This document shows positions 20,801 to 30,992 of a DNA stretch of 64,000 nt, in pieces. The stretch lies in assembly GCA_963555755.3 (NCBI GenBank), contig OY820905.2, positions 2,400,001 to 2,464,000 on the forward strand. Direction: 5' to 3'. The stretch comes from Nitrospirales bacterium. Its GTDB lineage: Bacteria; Nitrospirota; Nitrospiria; Nitrospirales; UBA8639. A program made the position numbers and the translations under genes. Under the pieces are notes generated by a model. It was not told the DNA's origin. It saw only the letters and a list, made by a program, of their open reading frames with translations, and made no database searches. Every line of letters begins with the position of its first letter. Position 1 is the first letter of the stretch.

Positions 20801-21304
20801 TTACGACAAGGACTCGCGAGTGGCCATCCCAAACGGCAAATCCCCATCCACATCGGCCAACAAAATGACCTGTCTGCCACTCCAAATCAACACTCCGTGC
20901 CCCTGTCTGGTTATCCCGGTATTTCGTGCCTGCCGCTTCCACTCACCTTCCCATCGAATGTTGACTGTGGCCCGTCCACCTTTGAGCGCCATTCGCTCAA
21001 TCGAAAAATTTAGTTCGATATCGGCATAGGTGTTAAAGTCTTTTTTCATGTCCATTTGGAGGCGTTCGAGTCCTTCCAATGGCAACATCAATTCTCGTAA
21101 CGCATCAGAGTCTTTTTCTTGGTAGGCCTCACGTAACCCCTCAATCGCTCCGACTATTCTCTCGAACCGAGCATGGTCTTCAGGATATTGAGGAGTTTTG
21201 GAGCTACATCCAGGCACGAATAGAAGAAGGGAAAAGAAAACACCACAGACCATTAATGAGGGTACTGGCACAGCAGAACGCATTTCGACATTATCCGTGA
21301 ACAT
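20801..21304 (-). CDS. Putative lipoprotein
   Basis: Hydrophobic stretch ending VPGC; start uncertain. Confidence 0.65.
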   Translation of the reverse strand: MFTDNVEMRSAVPVPSLMVCGVFFSLLLFVPGCSSKTPQYPEDHARFERIVGAIEGLREAYQEKDSDALRELMLPLEGLERLQMDMKKDFNTYADIELNFSIERMALKGGRATVNIRWEGEWKRQARNTGITRQGHGVLIWSGRQVILLADVDGDLPFGMATRESLS

Positions 21305-21325
21305 CCAGGGTCGGTCAAGATAGGA

Positions 21326-21430
21326 ACGTGATGGGTAAGGCGTGAGGCGAAAAGAAAGATGGGTTACAGGGTACGCCCTACGAGTCACATCTTTCGCTTC
21401 ACGCTTCACGCATTATGCTTTACGTCTTAC
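21326..21430. repeat. Heptamer tandem/inverted repeat tract
   Basis: gtgatgg/gtaaggc/gtgaggc followed by ttcgct/tcacgct/tcacgca/ttatgct. Confidence 0.6.
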
Positions 21431-21927
21431 AGGTGCATCTATAAAAAAACAGTTGAATAATTCAAATATTTGTGAGTTTTCCAGGGACGGTCTAACCGCC
21501 TCAATTGTCAGAAGGAAAGGGGTTGTTCAAAAAGGCCCATTGTCTGACCCGCCCAACCCAGGCGCGCTAAGACGCGCCCTTCCACAGGCAAGGCCGCAGG
21601 GGCTCCCGGCCTTCGTAGCCACTTCGGCGGAGTAGGCTTGGCGCGCGGAGCGTAGGTGAGTACGTGAGCACGACAAAGGGGATCAATCCCAATTTTGGTG
21701 GAGTAAGGCGAAACCCTCTTACACTCCGCCCGTATCACCCCTCGTCCATTGTCATTTTGACCCTTGGGAGAACTCTCCCCCATTCCCGCCCGGGTCACGT
21801 TCTTTCGGGCCAAGAGATTTCTCCCAAGGGTCGAAATAATGGTATGGACTCCCCCTTTGAGGACGGCATCAAATGTGCCAAGCTGGAAGACTAACCAACC
21901 AGCACTCAACACAAAGGAGGAGTCAGC

Positions 21928-22950
21928 ATGAACGGTACCACGATTGGCGTTGACATTGCGAAGAACGTATTTGAGATCTACGTGGAAGACGAAGCGGGGC
22001 AGGTGGTGGAACGCCGCCGCCTGTCTCGGAAGAAGATGTTGCCCTGGTTTGCGAATCGTCCCCGCGCGGTGGTGGGAATGGAAGCCTGTGGGGGCGCCCA
22101 TTATTGGGCCCGCGAATGAGAAAAGCTCGGCCATGAGGTGCGGCTGATTGCTCCGCAGTATGTGAAGCCGTGGGTGCAGACCAACAAAAGTGATTCGGTG
22201 GATGCCCGAGCCATCTGTCGTGCGGTGCGCGAACCCGGGATGCGGTTTGTCGCGATTGCCAGCGAAGCCCAGCAAGCGGTCCAGGCCTTTCATCGAGTCC
22301 GCAGCCGGTTGATGGGCAATCGGACCGCGCTGGTGAATCAGATCCGTGGGATCTTGTTGGAATATGGGGTCGCTATCCCCAAGGGCGTGGCCTCGGTCCG
22401 CAAGGCATTCCCCCTGCTTCTGGCCGAAGAACGGTGGGCGCCGCTGGTCCGGCAATTCTTGGTGGAGCAACAAGCGGAGCTGCTGAATTGGGATGCCCGG
22501 ATTGAGGAAGTCACCAACCACATCAAGCAGGAGAGTGCCACTCAGCCGGTGTGTCAGCGACTGGAGCAGGTGCGCGGGATTGGCCCGCTGTCGGCCTCGG
22601 CCCTGTGGCTCAAAGCAGCGGGGCAGCCGTATCAGAATGGGCGACACGTAGCGGCCGCCCTCGGCCTGGTGCCCAAGCATACCGGGACGGGGGGCAAGAT
22701 TCGGTTAGGGGGGATCAGTAAACGCGGGGACCGGTATCTCCGGCGATTGCTGATTCATGGGGCCCGGGCCGTGATCAGGCAGGTGGGCGAGAAACCGGAT
22801 CGGCTGAGTGGCTGGCTCCGGGAGCTCGTGGCCCGGCGCGGCATAAATAAAGCGGTGGTGGCGCTCGCGAATAAGAATGCCCGCGTGGCCTTCGCCATCA
22901 TGCATGGAGACCAGCCATATGATGTGACGAAAATGTGTCAGGCGTCATAA
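21928..22950 (+). pseudogene. IS1111 recombinase with in-frame TGA at 22117-22119
   Basis: GVDIAKNVF, GMEACGGAHYWARE*EKLGHEVRLI, KSDSVDA, ALANKNAR. Confidence 0.9.
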
Positions 22951-23160
22951 GACGGAGGAAGATCTTTCCAAGGATTGCGTAGCAGGAAATCCCAACTGAT
23001 GGGCGAAAGCGGTCACCCCCGCGGGAGCAAACCCTGAGTTCTGTCATCGGCTGAGTCATCAAGCCGGCGAAATGCATAGGAGCTTCCGCGCGAAAACCAT
23101 CAAGGCTCGGAACACAGAAGGTTCCATGACGAAGCCGGATATATGACAGCAGACCCGCTC
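22951..23160 (+). ncRNA. Putative seek/bridge RNA of IS1111 element 3 (ends approximate)
   Basis: TTCTGTCAT (23039-23047) and CGAAAT (23068-23073) flank a cggct/agccg stem and match the two halves of the insertion site. Confidence 0.75.
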
Positions 23161-23621
23161 CTTATCAGATGGTAATCCCGCTTGCAAAACAGGGGGAGTC
23201 CATATATGACAGAAGGAAGCCTTCTCGTTGTTCATCCAACCAGACTTGCTCCTTACCACTTCCGCCTCTTGTCATTTCGACCCTTGGGAGAAATCTCGCC
23301 ATTCCTGCCACGCCTGAGCAGGCTGTTCCCCCCTCAACACGGTCCCCATGACCTGCGGCGGGCCATGGAATAGGTCCCAATTCCACCAAAATGGCAACTG
23401 GTCCGACAAAGGCCCAAGAACGCCGCTGGCCTGCCTGCCATAGCCTTGGCGAAGGCTGGCGGACTTTTTCAACAACCCCTAAATTTCTTGACACAACTGA
23501 GGACCCTGTGATACCTCTCAAGTCTCACCATCCGTCTCGGGGCATGAGCATTTCGCCCTTTGTCAGAATCAACAAGTTCGCGGCTGCACATTCCTTGGAG
23601 AGGAATTATTAAGGAGTACGA

Positions 23622-23717
23622 ATGTCGAGTGTTGTAAAGAAAAGGCGCAAAAAAATGCGAAAGCATAAGCACAAGAAGCTTCGCCGACGCATGAAATTCG
23701 CCCGAAGACGGAATTAA
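23622..23717 (+). CDS. Small basic AURKAIP1/COX24-domain protein (bS22/mS38-like ribosomal protein)
   Basis: TAAGGAG RBS; MSSVVKKRRKKMRKHKHKKLRRRMKFARRRN; too short for the ORF track. Confidence 0.85.
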   Translation: MSSVVKKRRKKMRKHKHKKLRRRMKFARRRN

Positions 23718-23746
23718 TGAATCATCTCATATCCGGGTGATGGAGG

Positions 23747-23968
23747 ATGCATCTGGGAAAACGAACGAAAATCCGAGTGAGGACGGCTCTCAGCACCTAC
23801 ATAGGGAATTTGTTTATTCCCTCGATGCGCAATCGAGTTTCAGATTTGTTCAACGATGAGGCCCTACTTTTCATCACCCTCACCGATGTGACAATCGATG
23901 GAAAAGAACAAGCCGACTTCGTCGCCCTCAATAAAAACATGATTGAGTCCGTCACGCAATTAGAATAA
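23747..23968 (+). CDS. Small conserved-looking hypothetical protein
   Basis: RVSDLFN..FITLTDV..FVALNK; follows the bS22-like gene. Confidence 0.6.
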   Translation: MHLGKRTKIRVRTALSTYIGNLFIPSMRNRVSDLFNDEALLFITLTDVTIDGKEQADFVALNKNMIESVTQLE

Positions 23969-24085
23969 TCCTCCTCTTTTTTTATCCGCTCCTTTCTCCC
24001 CATCTTCTCTCGTGTTATGAACCTTATCCTCCGAGTCCTTGTGCCTGTCCTTGGCAGGTCATTCTAAACGGCTTGCCACATTCCC

Positions 24086-25843
24086 ATGTCGATTTATTCA
24101 CGATTTTTTCCTTTCATTCGCCCGTACCTTTCTCACATGGTAGGAGCCGGCCTCATGGTTATGGGGGTGGCCGCCCTCAACCTAATTCTGCTTCGTTTGG
24201 CAGGAAAGTTATGGGACATTGTCACGGTTCAACGGGATGTGGACCTCATGACACATACCATCGTAATTTTTTTGGCCATTGCGGTCGGACAAAGTGGGCT
24301 GGCCATGGGACAAAGTTACGTCACCACACGATTGTCCCAACACATCATGGCAGATTTTCGCACTCACCTATTCGACCATTTACAACAGCTATCGCTGAAT
24401 TTTTTTGCCAAACGACGGACCGGTGAAATATTGTCCCGCCTCATGAATGATGTGGGCGTCATTCAAACGCTGGTAGCCGAAACCCCCATTGATTCGGCCA
24501 AACATCTCGTAACGTTTATAGGCGGAATCGCTTTTTTGTTGTACATGAATTGGAAATTGTGTCTGCTCATTCTTTTGCTCTTACCGGCCTTGGTGTTGGT
24601 TGCACGGCTGTTTGGAAAACGCCTCAAGGCTCTTTCAACCAACATTCAAGACCAAACCGCCGCTCTGACCACGCTGATTGAAGAAGTCATTTCGGGAATT
24701 CGCGTAGTCAAGTCGTTTGTCCAAACCTCACGGGAACACAGCCGATTCAAGGTGGCCTTGCAGAGGTTAGTTGGCATGACACTTCGACGAACGGCGATTC
24801 TCTCAGTGTTCATTCCGACCATCACGTTGTTGACCTTCATCATGGCGGGAATGGTGTTGTGGTACGGTGGCAAACAAGTCATCGATGCCTCCATGACACC
24901 GGGTGACCTGTTGGCCTTCGTCCTGTTTGCTGGCATTTTAATCGGCCCGTTTGGTTCAGCCGCTCGGATGTTTTCTCAAGTCAAAGAAGCGCAAGGTGCC
25001 ATGCAGCGAGTGTTTGAACTGCTGGACACCCAGCCAGAGGTGACTGATCATCCCCAGGCCATCACGCTGCCCACCCTCAAGGGCCATGTGAAATTCTCCG
25101 GAGTGAGCTTTGCGTATGACCCACGGCAACCTGTGCTTTCCGATTTATCTTTCGAAATACGGCCAGGTGAGTTCGTCGCTTTAGTTGGCCCAACCGGTTC
25201 CGGCAAAAGCACGATTGCGAATTTGCTGCATCGATTTTACGATCCCACAACAGGGAGCATTTCGGTTGATGGTTTGGATTTGCGTGAGGTCACGCTCAAC
25301 AGCTTGTATCGCCAAATCGCGCTCGTACCGCAAGAGACCATTTTGTTTGGCGAGACCATCTTCGAAAATATCCGGTATGGACGAGAAACCGCTTCGGAAG
25401 AGGATGTCATTCATGCCAGCCAAGCGGCCAACGCGCACGATTTCATTTCAGGATTGCCCGACGGCTATCAAACGATGATTGGAGAGAAGGGCATTAATCT
25501 CTCCGGGGGGCAACGCCAACGCATTGCCATAGCAAGAGCCATCATCAAAGACCCGCGGCTGCTCATTCTTGATGAAGCAACTTCGGCCCTCGATTCTGAG
25601 TCGGAATTGTTAGTTCAACAAGCCTTGAGCCGTTTGTTCACCGGGCGGACAACCCTGGTCATCGCCCACCGTCTCACCACCATCCAAGAAGCTGACCAGA
25701 TCTTGGTGTTGAATAAGGGGGTCATTGTGGAAGCCGGCACCCATACGAGTTTATTGCAACAGGGGGGATTGTACCGTCACCTGTACACTTTACGCATGGC
25801 TGAGCTTGAAGGAACGACTGAGGACCGTGGGAAGGATGTGTAG
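24086..25843 (+). CDS. ABC exporter, fused permease/ATPase (MsbA-like)
   Basis: TM domain, GPTGSGKST, LSGGQRQR, LDEATSALD. Confidence 0.92.
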   Translation: MSIYSRFFPFIRPYLSHMVGAGLMVMGVAALNLILLRLAGKLWDIVTVQRDVDLMTHTIVIFLAIAVGQSGLAMGQSYVTTRLSQHIMADFRTHLFDHLQQLSLNFFAKRRTGEILSRLMNDVGVIQTLVAETPIDSAKHLVTFIGGIAFLLYMNWKLCLLILLLLPALVLVARLFGKRLKALSTNIQDQTAALTTLIEEVISGIRVVKSFVQTSREHSRFKVALQRLVGMTLRRTAILSVFIPTITLLTFIMAGMVLWYGGKQVIDASMTPGDLLAFVLFAGILIGPFGSAARMFSQVKEAQGAMQRVFELLDTQPEVTDHPQAITLPTLKGHVKFSGVSFAYDPRQPVLSDLSFEIRPGEFVALVGPTGSGKSTIANLLHRFYDPTTGSISVDGLDLREVTLNSLYRQIALVPQETILFGETIFENIRYGRETASEEDVIHASQAANAHDFISGLPDGYQTMIGEKGINLSGGQRQRIAIARAIIKDPRLLILDEATSALDSESELLVQQALSRLFTGRTTLVIAHRLTTIQEADQILVLNKGVIVEAGTHTSLLQQGGLYRHLYTLRMAELEGTTEDRGKDV

Positions 25844-25866
25844 GATCCGCAGACAAATGCCTTAAA

Positions 25867-26021
25867 CTCGAAATACGAATCTCGAAATACGAATCTCGAA
25901 ATCCGAAACACATTCAAAAAACAAAAAGGCCTGTCTCCATAAGTTGGCATAACCCGTTTGAAAAATTCAAATTTGGTATTTCAGATTTGTTTCGGATTTC
26001 GATATTCGAGTTTCGGATTTA
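25867..26021. repeat. Heptamer repeats (tcgaaat/acgaatc) with an inverted partner block
   Basis: ctcgaaatacgaat x2 pairs with ttcggatttcgatattcgagtttcggat. Confidence 0.6.
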
Positions 26022-26091
26022 TTCATATCACGCCTACACAAAATCCTAGCCCCACACTTCGGAGTATTTCCTTTCCGAATCCTACCTTGAG

Positions 26092-26757
26092 CTATTTGAT
26101 CTTAGAAAAGTCCGCATCCAAGCTAATGAGTTTGCCATCCGGGAAAAACACCACGATCTTCGTTGGAGCCTGTGGATCAAAATCCTGGTACGAAAATCGT
26201 GCGGAAAATCGAGAGACGAAATTCATTTCGGAACCAGGAATTTTTCGTCCACGGCTGGGCTTTCCTTTATCCGTCGGCATGATATTCTTCGAGCCCTGTT
26301 GCAACGCCACATCCGCACCCTCCGCGAAAAATTCTTCCTGCCCACACAACCCGATTTCAATTTCCAAATTGGGCATGTTCAGAATTTCTTGGACTTTGGC
26401 TTCAGGCATCCGAACGTCTTCTTGCGCCACCTTAGACCGTCGTCCTTCTTCTCGTCCAAAATATTCGAACCAATAGGTTTTCGTTCGTAGGATCGCGCTG
26501 CTTCCGCAGGGTTTGGTTTCAGGATCATCTCCGATGCGAGAGCTTTTATCAGCCAATTTGATAATTTTAAACATTTCATCGTTGGAAGAAGCCTGTTCCA
26601 TGGGTTCACGGGCAAACGCCATGAGGTGTTTGCCTTGCTCCAAGGTCAGATCAACGTCAATGGCGAACGCCGGAGAAACCAAGAAACCACTGACCAAAAA
26701 GATCGCACCGAGCCCTTGCCAAATTGTGGAATGGGAGATGGTATCCATTGGGCTCAT
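26092..26757 (-). CDS. Hypothetical exported protein
   Basis: AAGGAG RBS, signal peptide ending AFA. Confidence 0.7.
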   Translation of the reverse strand: MSPMDTISHSTIWQGLGAIFLVSGFLVSPAFAIDVDLTLEQGKHLMAFAREPMEQASSNDEMFKIIKLADKSSRIGDDPETKPCGSSAILRTKTYWFEYFGREEGRRSKVAQEDVRMPEAKVQEILNMPNLEIEIGLCGQEEFFAEGADVALQQGSKNIMPTDKGKPSRGRKIPGSEMNFVSRFSARFSYQDFDPQAPTKIVVFFPDGKLISLDADFSKIK

Positions 26758-26862
26758 GTGCTTGCTCCTTCGTGTTGGATAAATGTTAGGTAAACGATTC
26801 AAAAACACACACTGCACATATCGTGAATGGGGATTGTAAAAAAGTCCCCTCCTCCTTTTCAA

Positions 26863-27732
26863 CCCAAGATCCGCGATGGGTTGGGTTAACAGAGGTCCTT
26901 TGGCGAAACCCCCGTGTTTCACCCCCTAGCACCGTCGCGTAGTCAATGGTCTGGGTGGATTCGAGGCCACCTCAAGGGTTGCCTTCCCTAGGATGGGATT
27001 GACCGGCCTTTTGTGGGCAGACCACTCCCTTCCTGCTTCCTTCTTCTCTGTGCGGCCCCCTGCCCCGGCTTAAGTCTGGGCGGCTTCCGCCCAGCGCGTC
27101 CGAATCTCCTCACACAAGCCCCACAGCCATTGCTGAACTTTGAGGATCACCTCGCCGGCATGCCGTACCACTTTGCTCGCCATCTGATACAACCGTCAGC
27201 GCACTGTGCGCACTTGGCACCGACTCCAGGTACGGGGCAAAGCCAACAACTTGAACAACACAAACAGGTTGTAGGCCAACCCGCCAATGCGAAAGAGGAC
27301 GGCATGGGCTGCGAAAGTCCCACACGGAAGCCGTTCCATGCCAAAGCCACTCTTCAGTTCTTTGATGCGATTCTCACTGGTCTCACCTCGCTGGTTATAC
27401 CACCGGACAATCGCCTCGGGGGGCCCGTCTCGGTTCGTCGCAATCAGCGTATCGTGCTGGCGGGGTAATAGCCGACGCGGCTCCCTGGCGCGGGCAAGGC
27501 CGCATTGAGTTGCCGGGGCACATTCATCGCATGCAGAAACTCCCCGAACAGCGCCAGGCCCCCATGGGCGGTGAGCTGCTCGTTGGTGGGCTCGAGCTTG
27601 AACGGCAGAATGGTTTGTAGCATCATTGGTTTCATCTCGTTGGTGAGGAGTGGCTAAGTGGGTGGGCGCCCATATCTTAGCAAATCAGCGAGGTTTTTTT
27701 ATGCCCGAAATACATCCATCGCGGATCTTGGG
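26863..27732 (-). mobile_element. Internally deleted IS1380-family element
   Basis: 17-bp perfect TIR CCCAAGATCCGCGATGG; flanking duplication TTTCAA; transposase N terminus (LTAHGGLALFGE) joined to C terminus (NQRGETSENRIKELK) with a stop. Confidence 0.85.
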
Positions 27733-27983
27733 TTTCAAATATCCAGACACATCCTCCCAATTCAAGCGTTACCACCCATGCACCACCGGTCACGTCAGGA
27801 GTTGACTCATAGTAGGAAGTCGGTTAGAGTGACCCGTTTTCGGCTTGGGTGGGCCATACAAAAGCGTTACAGAACAACAGGTTCCGCCGTAACAACTCCT
27901 CATTATTTTAACAGTGACCGGACCAAGACTCAAATGAGCCATGGCCGTGTATGGGAATGTGCATGTCTCAACAAGAAGAAACC

Positions 27984-28619
27984 ATGAATCTTGAAAGTCT
28001 TGAACGGGTCTACACCAACTATTCCTCTGTCTACGACAAGACATTTGGAAAAGCCTTTAATCAGTCCCGCGAGTCAGCGGTCAGAGGTTTGCGTATCGTA
28101 CCGAACGACAACGTGCTGGAAGTTGGAGTGGGCACGGGAATGGCACTCCCATTATATCCCACCCATTGCAATATCACCGGCATTGATCTTTCAGAGGGAA
28201 TGTTAAAGGTTGCGCAGGATCGGATTGACGAACATCGGCTCAACCACGTGACCCTTCAACGAATGAATGCCGGACAAATGGATTTTGAGGACAATTCGTT
28301 TGATATCGTCATGGCTGCCTACGTCGTCACCGCGGTCCCCGATCATCGCCAAGTCGTCTCCGAAATGATTCGCGTCTGCCGACCGGGTGGCCGAATCGTC
28401 ATGTTGAACCACTTTAGCAATGGGAATAAATTTATCGCCGCGGTGGAAAAACTGATTTCCCCCATGTGTCAGCGAATCGGATTCCGCACGGATTTATCCT
28501 TACACCATGTGCTCGAAGGCACGACCCTCCAGGTTTCCAAAAAAGAAAAAATGAATCCCTTGCGTTTTTGGTATTTGGTCGAATGCGTGAATGCCAAAAA
28601 CGGCCATTCCCTTTCTTAG
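27984..28619 (+). CDS. Class I SAM methyltransferase (phospholipid N-methyltransferase-like)
   Basis: VLEVGVGTG, GIDLS, RVCRPGG, NHF. Confidence 0.8.
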   Translation: MNLESLERVYTNYSSVYDKTFGKAFNQSRESAVRGLRIVPNDNVLEVGVGTGMALPLYPTHCNITGIDLSEGMLKVAQDRIDEHRLNHVTLQRMNAGQMDFEDNSFDIVMAAYVVTAVPDHRQVVSEMIRVCRPGGRIVMLNHFSNGNKFIAAVEKLISPMCQRIGFRTDLSLHHVLEGTTLQVSKKEKMNPLRFWYLVECVNAKNGHSLS

Positions 28620-28666
28620 GGTCCGTCCTCCTCTTTGTCCTACTCCCATCCCTTTTCCCAGCTACC

Positions 28667-29347
28667 ATGAAAAAGGCTCTCTGTTTGCAACATGTTTCCT
28701 TTGAAGGACCCGGCGTATTCCAGCCATATCTGGAAAAGCGCGGCATAACTCTTCAAAGAACACTCGTCCCCTCGGAAGGAATTCCGGGAGATATTCCCGA
28801 CTTATTGCTTGTGATGGGCGGTCCCATGTCAGTCAACGATGCCGATCCGTGGATTGGAGAGGAACTCGCATTTATTGGACAAACCATAGAGGCAGAGGTT
28901 CCGGTTTTAGGCGTCTGTTTGGGTTCACAGTTCATTGCGAAAGCCTTGGGTGGACAGGTAAACCCAGGCCCTCGACTTGAAATTGGCCCCATGCCCATCG
29001 CACTCACCGTGGAAGAAGACACGGACCCAGTTTTTGGCATGTTCCCTCCAACCCTCGAGGTCTTTCAGTGGCATGGTGAAGGACTCACGCTTCCGCCCGG
29101 AGCGATTCTCCTCGGCTCATCAGAACATTATCCCGTTCAAGCGTTCCGGTTTGGGAAACGGACCTATGGCTTATTGTTTCATTTGGAATTGGAACCAGAA
29201 GGCATCGAAGCTTTGTGTCGCGAATGCGCGAAGGATGTCCAACTGGCAGGTACCACAGCAGAAGACTTGTTGAAATCAGCATCGCAAGTCCTCCCCCAAT
29301 CTCACGAATTGGCTGAACGTTTAATCGCACACCTTACCACGTGCTAA
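28667..29347 (+). CDS. Class I glutamine amidotransferase-like protein
   Basis: QHVSFEGPG, MGGPMS, GVCLG, FHLE. Confidence 0.85.
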   Translation: MKKALCLQHVSFEGPGVFQPYLEKRGITLQRTLVPSEGIPGDIPDLLLVMGGPMSVNDADPWIGEELAFIGQTIEAEVPVLGVCLGSQFIAKALGGQVNPGPRLEIGPMPIALTVEEDTDPVFGMFPPTLEVFQWHGEGLTLPPGAILLGSSEHYPVQAFRFGKRTYGLLFHLELEPEGIEALCRECAKDVQLAGTTAEDLLKSASQVLPQSHELAERLIAHLTTC

Positions 29348-29501
29348 TGCGGACTTTTGCTAGGATGCGGCCTTCAAACTTAGAAACAGAAGTTGGACGC
29401 AAAGCCTGGGTTGAGCCTTGTCGAATGATTCACATATCGCCCGCCAGGGAGCGCCGATTCACTTCGACGCCCCAAGGCAGGGTACGTTTGCTCTAAGATC
29501 C

Positions 29502-30785
29502 CTACAACTTCTTAAAGACTTGGTGGGCGGCTTCGATGGTGTGGTCAATATCGGATGTGGTGTGGACGGTTGAAACGAAAGCGGCTTCGAATTGGGATGG
29601 GGCGAAGTAGGATCCACGTTCCAACATTTTGTGAAAGAACTTGGCATACCGGGCCGTATCAGACTTTTTTGCTGAGGCAAAATCGACGACGCGGTTATCC
29701 GCAAAAAATCCGCCCATAAGGGAGCCGACTCGTGTTTGATAAAATGGGACGTTGGCCTGTTTTGCGGCTTTGCCCAATCCTTCGGCCAACTGGGCTCCTC
29801 GCCGGTCTAGTTTTTCATACACCCCAGAGGTACTGAGTTTTTTCAATGTCTCAATACCGGCGGTCACGGCCAAGGGATTTCCAGAAAGAGTCCCAGCTTG
29901 GTAAACCGGGCCTGCCGGAGCGACAAGATCCATTATTTCTTTTGATCCCCCATAGGCTCCTACGGGCAATCCACCACCGATAATTTTTCCGAGGCAGGTG
30001 AGATCTGGTTTGATGCCATACAAGGTTTGTGCCCCGCCATACGCCACACGAAACCCTGAAATCACTTCATCGAGGATGAGGAGAATTCCATGTTTTCTAG
30101 TGAGAACACGCAGCTGTCGAAGAAATTCTTTTTGGGGTAACACCACGCCCATATTGCCAGCAATTGGCTCGACGATGATGCAGGCCAACTTGCGCCAATG
30201 TTTCTGAATGAGGCTCTTCACCACCTCGATATCATTATAGGGAGCCGTGAGGGTATGACCGGCAAAGGCCTTCGGTACACCAAGACTATCAGGAAGCCCC
30301 AGCGTGGCAGCGCCAGAGCCAGCCTTGACCAACAAATGATCCGCATGACCATGGTAGCACCCGTCAAATTTCAGGATGGCGTCACGTTTGGTAAATCCAC
30401 GCGCCACACGAATGGCACTCATCACGGCTTCGGTCCCTGAGCTGACTAAACGAACCTTTTCAATGGATGGTAACGCCTGACAAATCATTTGAGCCAAGAT
30501 GAGTTCCTGTTCCGTTGGCGCACCATAACTCGTTCCTTGGCTTGCGGCTCGCTGAATGGCTCGAACCACCGCTGGGTGCGCATGCCCTAAAACCATCGGC
30601 CCCCAGGAGGCCACATAATCCAGGAACGTGTTGCCATCCACGTCGGTCACCGTGGCACCCCGCGCACGTTTGATAAACAACGGATTCCCGCCAACCGATC
30701 GAAATGCTCGTACCGGGCTATTCACCCCTCCGGGAATATATCGCTGTGCTTGATCAAATAATTTCTTTGAATTCGCTGTTTTCAC
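29502..30785 (-). CDS. hemL: Glutamate-1-semialdehyde 2,1-aminomutase
   Basis: PGGVNSPVRAF, SSGTEA, GKIIGGGLP, YQAGTLSGNP. Confidence 0.96.
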   Translation of the reverse strand: MKTANSKKLFDQAQRYIPGGVNSPVRAFRSVGGNPLFIKRARGATVTDVDGNTFLDYVASWGPMVLGHAHPAVVRAIQRAASQGTSYGAPTEQELILAQMICQALPSIEKVRLVSSGTEAVMSAIRVARGFTKRDAILKFDGCYHGHADHLLVKAGSGAATLGLPDSLGVPKAFAGHTLTAPYNDIEVVKSLIQKHWRKLACIIVEPIAGNMGVVLPQKEFLRQLRVLTRKHGILLILDEVISGFRVAYGGAQTLYGIKPDLTCLGKIIGGGLPVGAYGGSKEIMDLVAPAGPVYQAGTLSGNPLAVTAGIETLKKLSTSGVYEKLDRRGAQLAEGLGKAAKQANVPFYQTRVGSLMGGFFADNRVVDFASAKKSDTARYAKFFHKMLERGSYFAPSQFEAAFVSTVHTTSDIDHTIEAAHQVFKKL

Positions 30786-30992
30786 TGTTCACTCCTTCAT
30801 CAGTCGCTGGTTGCTCATAAAGAAAAAATGGCCTTGCTCGTTTTTCGTTTTTTCATTAGCGACACGCAACCAACGACTGATTCCGTTTCACGCCTGGGGC
30901 ATACTCCCAAAAGTCCCCCTCAAGTCCACCACTCCTTTTTCCGATGGAGTCACTAACTGCTCACCAACCCACCATGATGGAAGGGAAACGCC

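Larger units (their letters stand above)
21836..23207 (+). mobile_element. IS1111-group element 3, AT core, inserted in a family R REP arm
   Basis: Subterminal IR TATGGACTCCCCCT / AGGGGGAGTCCATA; empty site gtcgaaATgacagaa; junction TTGCAA-N17-TATAAT. Confidence 0.9.
21680..23404. mobile_element. Non-autonomous element with 25-bp imperfect TIR and 8-bp TSD
   Basis: GGATCAATCCCAATTTTGGTGGAGT / ATTCCACCAAAATGGCAACTGGTCC; TSD GACAAAGG (21672-21679, 23405-23412). Confidence 0.8.
21518..23480. mobile_element. MITE family A-type element carrying nested insertions
   Basis: TIR aggggttgttcaaaaagg / actttttcaacaacccct; core gagcgta..tacgtgagcacg continues as gaacgccgctgg after 23412. Confidence 0.8.

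Noticed and set aside
22117..22119. TGA as selenocysteine or programmed readthrough
   Set aside because: The position is normally hydrophobic (WARE-L), not Cys; a nonsense mutation is simpler.
21508..22680. 390-aa minus-strand ORF
   Set aside because: Antisense to the IS1111 recombinase and running through repeats.
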